A stretch of DNA of 32,835 nucleotides from Chiloscyllium plagiosum (Eukaryota), in contig NC_057758.1 of assembly GCF_004010195.1 (NCBI RefSeq), positions 7,529,562-7,562,396 on the forward strand. Reading direction: 5' to 3'. The position numbers were made by a program, and so were the translations under genes. This document shows positions 1-10,560 of the stretch, in pieces (position 1 is the stretch's first letter; every line of letters begins with the position of its first letter). The notes beneath the pieces are model-generated. The model did not search any database. It was not told the DNA's origin and worked only from the letters and a program-made list of their open reading frames with translations.

Positions 1-1068
1 TACTGCTCTGTTCATACTGCCTTCTAGCTTACAACTAAATTCCCTCTATTCGCTTATTAGGTCTTCCTCCCTTTTCCTCCCAACGCCATTGGCTACCGAT
101 GTGCACCACGACTTCTGGCTGCTCTACCTCCCCTTAAGCATCCTGTAGACGCAATCACAGACAGCCCTGACCTTGGCAGCCGGAAGGCAACACTATCCAG
201 TAGTCCAACTCACGCCACAGTATTTCCTGTCTGTTCCTCTCACCACTGAACCTCCTATCCCTATTGCTGTCCTATTCTCCCCTCTTACTTTATCAGCCAC
301 ATAGCCAGGTTCAGTGTCAGAAATCTGGCTGCTTTGGATTTCCCCTTGTCGGTCGATCCGCTAGCAGTTTCCTTTTTATACTGCTCTGTTCATACTGCCT
401 TCTAGCTTACAACTCCTACCCCTTTTTACCCCTACACTAACACCTAACTGCGGTAGTGCTTATTTTTCCCCAGCACCCATGTTGTGTGTGTGCAGGTGTG
501 AGACACATTGAAATACACGAGATGCACGAATCTTTAATCAATTTTCCACCATCAGGAAGAAAGGAAACAGCCGACTGGCCTGTGATAAGCAGTACCCTTC
601 ACATCCATAGATAATGCTGCGTGATCAAATAGTGAAGGGGATGGCAGGGATCAAATCAAAATAGAGTTGGATGGGGCAATAATGCACTCCACTCCCTGCG
701 GCGCACACCTCTCCCTGAACAATTCCATGGTGTTGGTGGACACTACGTGCTCCTCCGCTAGCAGTTTCCAAAACGGCATTCTGATTATTGATTGAACGGC
801 CCTACAATGTCTGTCTATTCTCTTTCCCTCCGATCACGGTAACGGAGCGACCTTTGTACTGCAACTTAGTTGTGACTGTCGCACCATAACACTTCCTCAT
901 TCACCCCACTCCGCTTCCCTAATGTTCCGAAGTTTGTCCAGTTCCAACTTCAGTCTCTGACAGCTGGAGTTCGATATACTTCTCGCCAGCAAAGTTAGTA
1001 AGTGCACCGGTGGAGTCTTTTATTTCCTACATCCTGCAAGAGGAACATGTAACTGTGCTTGCCTTCAT
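1..1068 (-). mobile_element. CR1 LINE ORF1 remnant (zinc finger + SGNH esterase), interrupted by a Tx1 insertion at 373-753
   Basis: Minus strand from ATG at 1068 reads MKASTVTCSSCRM*E (CxxC). Near 60-190 it reads CLPAAKV and EQPEVVVHIG, homologous to the ORF1 copies at 1394 and 27814. Confidence 0.85.
373..753 (-). mobile_element. 5'-truncated Tx1-clade LINE (ORF2 C-terminus, 3' UTR, short A tail)
   Basis: Minus strand reads EHVVSTNTMELFRERCAPQGVECIIAPSNSILI*, which resembles Tx1 ORF2 termini. Flanked by a perfect 16-bp direct repeat TCCGCTAGCAGTTTCC (357-372, 754-769). Confidence 0.75.
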
Positions 1069-1393
1069 TCTGACTGCTCTAAACTACAGAGAGTGATTGA
1101 ATAAATGAAAATTAAGAAGAAAAAGACTGCTGGGAAGGTGAGACTGACTGCTTAAAACACTTACTTCAGGCGTCAGGTCTTCCATTTGTCGAGAGGTGCG
1201 AGGGAGGAGCAAAGGACTGCTGAGAAGTTTTTAGTGGGTGAGATCTCAACCCGAGACCTTACAGCGTAGGGCCTCCCTCCCACACACCTCGTTTAACCTT
1301 AATATGGGTCTTTAAGCTAGTTAGGTTTTCAGATTTCTCTTTTTTTTCCGCTTCCTGAGCTTAGTCATGTGCTGGCTTTCAGAGTACAGGGAT

Positions 1394-2461
1394 ATGGATG
1401 TTAGGACAGTTATATGTTCCTCCTGCACAATGTGGCAGGTGAGAGACACTTCGCCTGTCTCTGCCGACTAAATCTGCGGGATGTGCGCCCAATTCCAGCT
1501 CCTCGAAAACCGAGTTAGGGAACTGGAGCTGGAGCTGGATAAACTATGGATCATCCGGTCGGCTGAAGGGAGAATTGAGAGAATGTACAGGGAGGTAGTA
1601 ACTTCCCAGACACAGGATAAGCACAGCTGGGGGAACTGGAGCTGGAGCTGGATAAACTATGGATCATCCGGTCGGCTGAGGGGAGAATTGAGAGAATGTA
1701 CAGGGAGGTAGTAACTTCCCAGACACAGGATAAGCACAGCTGAGTTGCGGTCAGGAGGAGGAAAGTGAACCGACTGTCAGAGCAGGGACACCTGTGGCTG
1801 TTCCCCTCAGCACTCAGTATGCCGTTTTGCATACTGCTGATGGGGACAGCCTCTCAGGTTGTCAGGCCTCTGGCACTGAGCCTGGCACTGTGGCTCAGAA
1901 GGGAGGTGGGGAAATTAGAAAAGCGGTAGTGGTATGGGACTCAATAATTAGACGGATTGACAGGAGATTTTATGGTCAGGCACCGAACTCCCGGAAGTAT
2001 GTTGCCTGCCCGGTGTCAGGGTCCAGGATGTCGCCGATCGGGTTGATAAAATTTTGAAGGATGAGGGTGAGCAACCAGAAATCCTTGTACATATTGGCAC
2101 CAATGACATGGCCAGGAAAGGGATTGAGGACCTGGAAAGTGACTTCAGAGAGTTAGGTTGGATGCTGAGTCGCAGGACGAACAGAGTAGTGATCGCAGGA
2201 TTGCTACGGGTGACATGAGATCGTGAGATGAGGAACAGTGAGAGAATGCATCAGAACAGGTGGCTGCGAGCCTGGGGCAGGAGGAAGGACTTCAGATACC
2301 TACACCATTGGGATACCATCTGGGGAAGGTGGGGCCTGTACATGAAGGACGGGTTGCACCTGATCTGGAGAGGCACAACTGGCCTGAGTGGGAAATTTGC
2401 TCGTGTGACTCGGGTGGGTTTAAGCTATTTTAGCAGGGGGGTGCCTGAGCCACATGTCTGA
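1394..2461 (+). pseudogene. CR1 ORF1p (C4 zinc finger, coiled coil, SGNH/GDSL esterase), disrupted
   Basis: MDVRTVICSSCTMW...ICGMCAQFQLLENRVRELELELD; AVVVWDSIIR (GDS block, mutated); VHIGTND; KDGLHL (DxxH). Confidence 0.85.
1518..1743 (+). repeat. 113-bp tandem duplication inside CR1 ORF1
   Basis: 1518-1630 and 1631-1743 are nearly identical (GGGAACTGGAGCTGGAGCTGGATAAAC...CACAGCTG). Confidence 0.95.
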
Positions 2462-2544
2462 GGGATGGTCAGTTGTAGATGGGTCAGTGCCAGGATGTAT
2501 TGAATCTATTAGGACAGTTTGTCACGCGATTAAACAAAGGGATC

Positions 2545-5260
2545 GGTTAAAGTGTTCCTGCTTTAATGTAAGGAGAGTCCGAAATAAGAGTGACGAACGT
2601 AGACCATGAATCAATACTTGGGGCTATGATGTTGTGGCAATAACGGAGACATGGGTTTCATAGGAACAGGAATGGTTGCTTGATGTTCCAGGGTTTAGAA
2701 CGTTAAAGAAGAACAGTGACGGTGAAATAAGAGGAGGGAGTGTAGCATGGTTAATCAGAGAGTGCATCACAGCGACAGAAACGAACGTTTTTGATGAAGG
2801 TGTGTCTACTGAGTCAGTATGAGAGGAAGTTAGGAACAGCAAGAGTACAGTCACCGCATTGCGGGTTTTCTACAGACCACCTAATAGCAGTAGAGAGATT
2901 GAAGAACTCATAGGCGAGCAGAAAAGTAACAGGGTTGTTGTCAAGGGTAATTTCAACTTTCCCAATATCGATTGGAACCTCCTAAGTGCAGATGGTTTGG
3001 ATGGAGCCGTTTTTGTCAGGTCTGTTCAGGAGGGCTTCCTTATTCAGTATGTAGAAAGACCGACGAGGGGAGAGGCCATTTTGGATTTGGTGCTCGGCAA
3101 TGAGCCAGGACAGGTGTCAGATCTAGCTGTGGGAGACCACTTTGGTGACATTCATTACAAATGCCTCATATTTAGTATAAACCTGGAGCGTGAATGTAGC
3201 AGTTACCGAGGGAAAATATTTAATTAGGGAAAAAGAAATTATGACGCTATCAGGCAGGTGTTGGGAACTACAGACTGGGATTAATTGTTCCACAGAAAAG
3301 GCAGAGCAGATATGTGAAGACTATTTAAGTGGCAGTTGTTGCGAGTGATGCACGAATTTGTCCCCCAGAGAAATGTCAGAAGGGGTAAGGATAAGGAACC
3401 TTGGATGATGAGAACAGAGGAACTTCTCGTCAAAAGGAAAAAGGCAGCTTCCGTAAGGTGGAGGATGCAAGGATCAGCTTTAGAGGATTACCGGCCTGCT
3501 AGAAATGAGCTAAGAAATAGACTGAGGAGAGCCAGGAGGACGCATGAAAAAGGCAAGAAGCATTAGGAAGAAGCTAAAGGCATTTTATTCATACGTGAGT
3601 AATAAGAGAATGATCAGGGAGAAGATAGGGCCGAACAGTGAGTGTGGAAGGAATTTGTGCCTGGAATCTGTGCAGATAGGGGAAGCCCTAACCGAGTGTT
3701 TTGCTTTGGTTTTCTCCAAGGAAAGGGAAATTGACGTAAATGAAAACGTTGAGGGGCTGGGATACAGTCTTGACCAGATCAAGATCGATGAAGTTGATTT
3801 GGTGGAAATTTTGGCCAACATTAAGGTTGATTACGTCCCCAGGGCCAAATCAGATTTAACTTAGGCTGCTCCGGGAAGCAAGACAGGAGGTTTCTGAGGC
3901 GCTGGCGAGAATATTTGTCTCCTCAATCACCACGGGTGTCGTACTGGATGATTGGAAGGATGTGAAAGGTGTACCTCGTTTCAAGAAGGGAATAGGGAAA
4001 TCCCTGGCAATTATGGACCAGTCCGTCTTACGTCTGTGGTCAGTAAAGTTTTGGAAATAATTATGAGCGATAGGAATTATAACTGTTTGGCAAAGCATAG
4101 TGAGATTAATGGCAGTCAGCATGGCTTTGTGAGGGGCAGGTCATGCCTCTCAAATTGTATTGAATTCTTCGAATAATTGACAAGATAGGTCGACGATGGT
4201 CGAACAGTGCTTGTGGTGTATATAGTTTTCAGCAAGGCATTTGATAGGATTCCTCGTGGTAGACTTATTCATAAAGTGAGGACGTATGTGATACAGGGAA
4301 ATTTGGCTATTTGCATTCAGAATTGGCTGGCTGAAAGAAGGCAGAGAGTGGCTATAGTTGGAAAGTATTCTGCCTGGAGGACAATGTTGAGCGGGATCCC
4401 GCAGGTCTCTGTTTTTGGGTCCCTACTCTTTGTAGTGTTTATAAATGATTTTGATGAGGCGGTTGAGGGTTAGTAAATTTGCAGATGACACTAAGGTTGG
4501 ATGTGTCGTCGATAGGATAGAGGTCTACTGCAGGTTGCAGCGTGACATAGTGAGGATGCAGAGCTGGGCTGAGAAATGGCAGAGGAATTCAACCGGGATA
4601 AATGCGAAGTGATGCATTTTTGAAGGTCGAACACGAATCCTGAATATAGGATTAAAGACAGGATTCTTGGCAGTGTGGAGGAACAGAGGGATCCGTGTGT
4701 GCAAATACATAGATCCCTCAAAGTTGTCACCCAAGTGTACAGGGTTGTTAAGAAAGCATATGGTGTTTTGGCATTCATTAACGGGGAATCGAGTTTAAGA
4801 GCCGTGAGGATTTGCAACAGCACTACAAGTACCTAGTGAAACAACACTTGGAATATTGCGTCCAGTTCTGGTCTTCCTAGTCTAGGAATGATTCAATGGC
4901 TTTGGGTAGGGTGCAAACAAGGTTTACCAGGATGCTGCACTAAGAAGAAAGTTTGAATAATCTCTCTGAAGAGAAGTTGGAAGAGAGGAGACCTCATCGA
5001 GTTATACAAGATAATGAGTGGAATAGATAGAGTCAATAGTCAGAGACTTTTTCCCCAGGGCAGGAGTGACTGGTACGAGGAATCATAGTTTGAAGATATT
5101 AGGTGGAAGGTATAAAGGAGACGTCAGAGGTAGGCTCTTTATGCAGAGAGTGCTGAATGAATGGAATGCATTGCCAGCTGTGGTGGTGGAAGAAGTGTCA
5201 TTGGGGTCATTTCAGCGACTGATGGATATGTACATGGATAGCAGTGAGTTGAGGGGTGCG
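2545..5260 (+). pseudogene. CR1 ORF2p (apurinic endonuclease + reverse transcriptase), disrupted
   Basis: YDVVAITETW, FYRPPNS, GNFNFPNIDW, ILDLVL, NYGPVRLTSV, QHGFVRGRSC, FSKAFD, GIPQVSVFG, KFADDTK (about 4476). Confidence 0.9.
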
Positions 5261-5309
5261 AAGGTTAGGTTACTATATTATAAATTAGGATTATATCTCG
5301 GCACAGCAT

Positions 5310-6477
5310 AGGGATAACCCCGGGAGTTACAGGCCAGTTAGTCTTACTTCGGTGTTAGGCAAAGTAATGGAAAGTGTACTGAGGGATAGGATCGATGAGT
5401 ATCAGGACAGACACTGGTTGATAAGGGACAGCCAGCACGGATTTGTGAGGGGTAGGTCTTGCCTTACAAGTCGAATTGAATTCTTTGAGGAGGTGACCAA
5501 GCATATGGATGAGTGTAGAGCAGTGGATGTAGTGTACATGGATTTTAGTAAGGCATTTGATAAGGTTCCCCATGGTAGGCTTATGCGGAAAGTCAGGAGG
5601 CATGTGATAGTGGGAAATTTGGCCAGTTGGATAGAGAACTCCTAACCGTTCGAAGTCAGAGAGTAGTGGTAGACGGTAAATATTGAGCCTGGAGCCCAGT
5701 TACAAGTGGAGTTCCGCAGGGATCAGATCTGGGTCCTGTGCTGTTTGTAATGTTTATTAATGACTTGGAAGAGGGAGTAGAAGCGTGGGTCAGTAAATTT
5801 GCAGACGATACGAAGATTGGTGGATTTGTGGATAGTGAGGAGGGCTGTTGTCGGCTGCAAAGGGACTTAGGTATGATGCAGAGCTGGGCTGAGGAGTGGC
5901 ACCGGGAGTTCAACCCTGTCAAGTGTGAGGTTGTTCATTTTGGAAGGACAAATAAGAATGCGGAATACAGGATTAACTGTCGGGTTCTTAGTAAGGTGGA
6001 GGAGCAGAGGGATCTTGGGATCAATGTTCATAGCTCTTTGAAAGTTGCCACTCAGGTGGATAGAACTTGTAAGAAGGCCTATGGTGTATTAACGTTCATT
6101 AGCAGAGGGATTGAATTCAAGAGTCGTGAGGTGATGTAACAGCTGTACAGGACCTTGGTAAGGCCACAATTGGAGTACTGTGTGCAGTTCTGGTCGCCTC
6201 ATTTAAGGAAAGTTGTGGAAGCTTTGGAGAGGGTGGAGAGGAGATTTACCAGGATGTTGCCTGGAATGGAGAATAGGTCGTACAAAGATAGGTTGAGAAT
6301 GCGAGGCCTTTTCTCATTGGAATGGCGAAGGATGAGGGGTGACTTGAGAGAGGTTCATAAGATGATCAGGGGAACAGATAGGGTAGACAGTCAGATACGT
6401 TTTCCCCGAGTACAACAGAGTCTTACAAGGGGACATAAATTTCAGGTGAATGTGGAAGTTATAGGGGGATGTCAGAC
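5310..6477 (+). mobile_element. Second CR1 fragment (RT domain and C-terminus)
   Basis: YRPVSLTSV, QHGFVRGRSCLT, YMDFSKAFDKVPH, KFADDTKIGG, VRPQLEYCVQFWSP, TRGH. Confidence 0.92.
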
Positions 6478-6615
6478 TTTGTGGGAGGTGGTGTCGGGAG
6501 TGGATGAGGAACTGGCACGGATCTTCCAGAGGGAATAGTACTTGTTGATGGTTGACAAGAGAGAAATAAATATGGGTCTCGTGATTCCATCCCTCTGCAG
6601 GTGGAACAAATGATT
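6478..6615 (-). mobile_element. Penelope-like element fragment (RT to GIY-YIG linker)
   Basis: Minus strand HLFHLQRDGITRPIFISLLSTINKYYSLWK resembles the recalled PLE linker pattern HFRHLQRDxTTxHIFPSxPLSAFRRDxSL. Confidence 0.55.
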
Positions 6616-6784
6616 TCTCATGGTCCAGATATAATATGCATCTTTTACAGAAACTTTTGCTATCTGTCTTTCTGTTCAGTGCTGGTTATTTTTTCATGTT
6701 TCAATCTTACTTTTCTTTATAGCTTTTTTAAAAGCCTTATAAAAACTCGCATTATAAAAACGTGAGAACTTAAGAAATATCATC

Positions 6785-7219
6785 TGTGCTCTACCTTTCT
6801 ATCTATTGTGTTCTAAAAAATAAACTGAACCTACACAATTCACGCAGGTTCTTTTTTTTAGAGGAGGAGCTCTGAAGCACTGCAACAAGCTTGCGACAGA
6901 AATGTTGACAAGGGAAAAATGTGATGTGTTGAAGGAGCAATCAACAGGACACTCAGCGATTTTGTTTTGAGGGCAGAATGTTTCAGTTCTACGAAGACGT
7001 CAGCCAGTCTACACTTCGTTTCCGCAAGAGAAAAGACACTAAATTGCGAGCGAGCAGTGATAAAGAAGACTACACTGAGCTCCTTCATTCACCTCTTTCC
7101 AATCCTCCTGTTCCAAGCTTGTTGCAGTGCTTCAGAGCTTCTCCGCTAAAAAAAAAACCCGCATGAATTGGAGAAGTTCAGATTTTTTTAGAACACAGAA
7201 CATAAAAAGTTACAGCACA
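6785..7219. repeat. Imperfect inverted repeat (arms about 6785-6940 and 7077-7219, spacer about 140 bp)
   Basis: GAGCTCTGAAGCACTGCAACAAGCTTG in the left arm is matched by CAAGCTTGTTGCAGTGCTTCAGAGCT in the right arm. The ORF track shows QACCSASELL on both strands. Confidence 0.85.
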
Positions 7220-8222
7220 AAACAGGCCCTTTGGCCTTTAAATTGTAGTAACTTAATCTTCAGTATAGAAAGCAAATTATGATGCATTAAAACATTCCAA
7301 AATGTATATTAAAATATCAAACAAATTGCAATTGCAAAGAATATTGGCCTTGTCTGAGATGCTTAATTTGTTCTGCAAACAGAACATTGAAAACAGGATT
7401 TTCCATTAATCACGAATGGAATACCTCTTGCAACTGTCTTTCTGTTTGTAGTATGGATCAATATTCATCCAGTAGCTTTTATTTCGATTGGAAGTTAATC
7501 TGGTATTTTGCTTTTGCTTCTACACTTGAAACAAATGCAGCATTTATAAATATAAATCCAAAAGTTGCAGTGCTAGATTAGACAACTGAACGACATTAAG
7601 AAAACAATTATTTCCCTGTATACAGTGCAGTAATAATAGGGTTACCAAAACAAATATATCAACAGATTTCTCTCAGACGCGTTTTTCACAATTGCTGCAG
7701 TGGTGCAAAAAGTACTTAGAACTAATCAAAATTAACTCCAATCATAAAATATCAATGTCACAAATATGACATTGCAAACCTTTCTTGGATATTCCATGAA
7801 TCTCATGCTCACCTCTCAGTCCTTCTAGTTTACTTGTGAGTCCTCCATCTTTAAAACGAGCCATTGTCTTTACTCTATAATTTGATCTTATTTTGATACC
7901 AACATATTGGCCCAAGAGATATTCGGAGCTAACACTGGATATAGACATTAGCTGGATAGGCAATTTGCAGCCGGATTTGGTGTGAGAATTCATGTGATCT
8001 CCTTCTGAACTGTACAATTCTATGCAGCTAATCATTGTGTATTATTTTATTTCTGAACACCCACAGGGATTGCTTGATGCAACAGTTTGGCGATTACATT
8101 ACTTTGTATGTAGTCACGCTCTGTATCTGAATTCGGAGAATTTTACTTTTTGACAGATTAAAGGTAAGTTTCCTTGCTACCAAACATTGGTCTGTATGAA
8201 TCCCGTGCTGTGTCTGCCACAC

Positions 8223-9030
8223 TGTGTTTCTTTATTAATCAATGAACCAGCAAAAGAACCATCAGTCGACTCTGAATGTCAATAAAAAACATTTATTGAG
8301 CAGAATTAATATATAACAACAAAATGCACTATAAACTGAAGATTATATTGTCAAATCTGTCTTTGATGTAACTTAAATCTAGCTGAGGCAGGTTGGCTCA
8401 GTGTTTCGCACTGTTGTGAGACAGTGCCATGCAACCAGCTTTGAACCCGTCTCGGCCGACCATCTGCGTGGCGTTTGTACATTCTCCCCATTTCTGCATG
8501 GATCTTCTCTATGTGCTGCGAATTTCTCCCACAGTCCATGGATGTGCTGGTTAAGTGAATTGGTCTTGCTAAATTGCCAATAGTGTTTTGGGGTGTTCAG
8601 GAAATGTGAACTCATCGGGTAAAGAAATAGGTCTGGGTGGGATACGCCTCAGAGTGTCCCGTGTGGACATGTTAGGCAGAATAGCCTGTTTCCACACAGT
8701 AAGGATTCTATGATCACATACTACCACATTAGAACTAGGCCTTGCTCCATGTTGTGTTTTCGTTTGGTCTTCACCTGAAGAATTCAGGTGGCATTTCTTC
8801 TGGGTGGTTATTCTCGATTGACTGCTTAGAGCATGGCTTGCACTCAATTCTTATACTCAAAGGTATTAGCGCCCATTTGGGAGGGTTTCCACTGTTCACC
8901 AATGGATCAATCAGGCCAGGTCACACTGATTAATCGGACCCAAAAAGGGTGGTCCTTGGTTGTCCATTACTTCATAATTGATGGTTGTCCATCATATACT
9001 TCATAATTTAGAGGGGCCTCTCCAGCCAAA
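8223..9030 (-). mobile_element. Putative 3' LTR of the retrovirus-like element (contains a SINE insertion)
   Basis: Starts directly after a purine tract on the minus strand (AAAAGGAGGGCA|TTTGG, likely mutated TG). Ends AATAAAGAAACACA with an upstream AATAAA. No 5' LTR is available for confirmation. Confidence 0.55.
8387..8712 (+). mobile_element. tRNA-derived SINE (HE1/V-SINE-like), diverged
   Basis: Degenerate A box TGGCTCAGTGT and B box, central TTTGTACATTCTCCCC block, CR1-like tail GCCTGTTTCCACACAGTAAGGATTCTATGA. Aligns with the SINEs at 19946 and 26155. Confidence 0.85.
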
Positions 9031-9042
9031 TGCCCTCCTTTT
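9031..9042 (-). promoter_or_regulatory. Putative polypurine tract
   Basis: AAAAGGAGGGCA on the minus strand, preceded by a short GATCC...GGATC hairpin, downstream of integrase. Confidence 0.55.
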
Positions 9043-9189
9043 GATCCTGTTGTGATGGATCACAACATGGAAGGCTGCAGGATCATCCAGATTCTAGCTG
9101 AGCACAACATATACTAGAGCAACTAAAGTGATGCAGATGGCATATGAGAAACCGACACTCACCTCAGATTAAGTAAATAAAAAAAGGGA

Positions 9190-10560
9190 AAACTTTACTA
9201 TCGGAGTACGCCTTGCTCACGTACCTTCTAGTCATTAACTTGACAGGTCATTTCGATGAGCGGTCTTGATATTCTCAATGTGATGCTGCACTTCTTATTT
9301 GTGGATTAGGACAGTGAATTCTGTTTCTGTGAGGTCGAGGCCATGCAGGTATTCGTCTCCCTTCATGTGTCGGACTGTCATCAGTATGTGCAAGGTTTTC
9401 CCTGGCGATCAGACGATGGTGTTACATACCATCATGAGGATGAATGGAAGTATTGTCTCCCAGCTTTTCTTATTCTGCTGCACCGTCTTCCTAATCAACC
9501 TTTTAGGGTGTGGTTCGTGCTTTCCACTGAATTGTGTTTAATATACAATATGGAGTTTCTGCTTGATACGAAGCATAGTTATCTCGATTTCCCTGACTCA
9601 GACTTTGAAATCGGTTCACCGATCTGACTTGATACTTCGGGGTAGACACCATCCCGTAAATATCTGCAAGGTTATGATATATACAGTTGCTTTGGCTGTA
9701 TTTAAATAACAAGGAAAACATCGACCCATTTTATGAAAGTACCTATGACGATCAGAATGCAGGTATATCCATTGTTACTCGGTGGCAGGGGACCTGTGTA
9801 GTGAATTTAAAGTATTGTCCGGGGTCCTTCCACCTCTGAGTTCTCCCTTTCGGGTGTCATTATATGGATTGTTTTAGGCGGAGACAAGGTACTTCCCTTT
9901 AATATGCGATGCATCTCTGTGCAACTCGGGCCACCAACATAATGATTTTAATCATTCTGTAGTGGCCTCTCTGCACTGGTGTACGTGCCGATCATGATAT
10001 TGTTATATAATTTGTTTCCTGCCTTGAGTCGCGATTGACATACAATCATGATTTTAGAAATAACCTGTCACCGATGTGTAGGGAACGCTTCTGTCTAGCA
10101 GAGGCATCTGGGTAAACTCTTCCCATTTTTTTTAAAGGAATCATCGCAGTGTTGTGCTTGCCTAACGTCCTCTGTGTTTGACTGACTTAGACTGACAGCA
10201 CTGGCCTGCTTACTTATGGGTGTCCCCCAGAAAACTCCAACATCAGCCCATCTTTTGGAGCATTTGTCTGCTCTGTGTTTACATTATGGGGATAATGATG
10301 GTTATTTCTATCTTTGATTATTCTGTATTTAACCTCCTGTGAGGCCTGCAGTTGTTCAGTGAGGGTTCTGATGGGTAGTGGTGTCGGGTGTAGGTCTACA
10401 GAAACACAACTTCGAGCGTCCCAAGGTGGTAAGCATTCAGTGAGGCTATTGCATACATACATGCTGTCCAAATATATATGCGTGGGTAAAGGTAACAGAT
10501 CACGGTGGCTGATGACACAGGCTGATCGATCGGACGAAAATCGGCATTGGCATCCATGTT
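9190..10560 (-). pseudogene. pol: Retrovirus-like pol remnant: RNase H followed by integrase
   Basis: RNase H: HIYLDSMYVCNSLTECLPPW...YRIIK. Integrase: QYHDRHVHQ, LCWWPEL, IHYTGPLPPSNNGYTCILIVIGTFIKWVD, IFTGWCLPRSIKSD, KQKLHIVY, SWETILPFILM. Many stops and frameshifts. Confidence 0.85.

Larger units (their letters stand above)
1120..5309 (+). mobile_element. Near full-length decayed CR1 LINE (5' UTR, ORF1, ORF2 APE-RT, partial 3' UTR)
   Basis: Collinear ORF1, endonuclease and RT motifs with many stops and frameshifts. Cut at about 5309 by a second CR1 fragment. Confidence 0.92.

Noticed and set aside
7300..8035. Possible env or membrane-protein pseudogene on the minus strand (MEYPRKVCNVIFVTLIF..., ORF 7742-8035)
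   Set aside because: Lies outside the putative 3' LTR, needs several frameshifts, and has no recognisable furin site or family motif.
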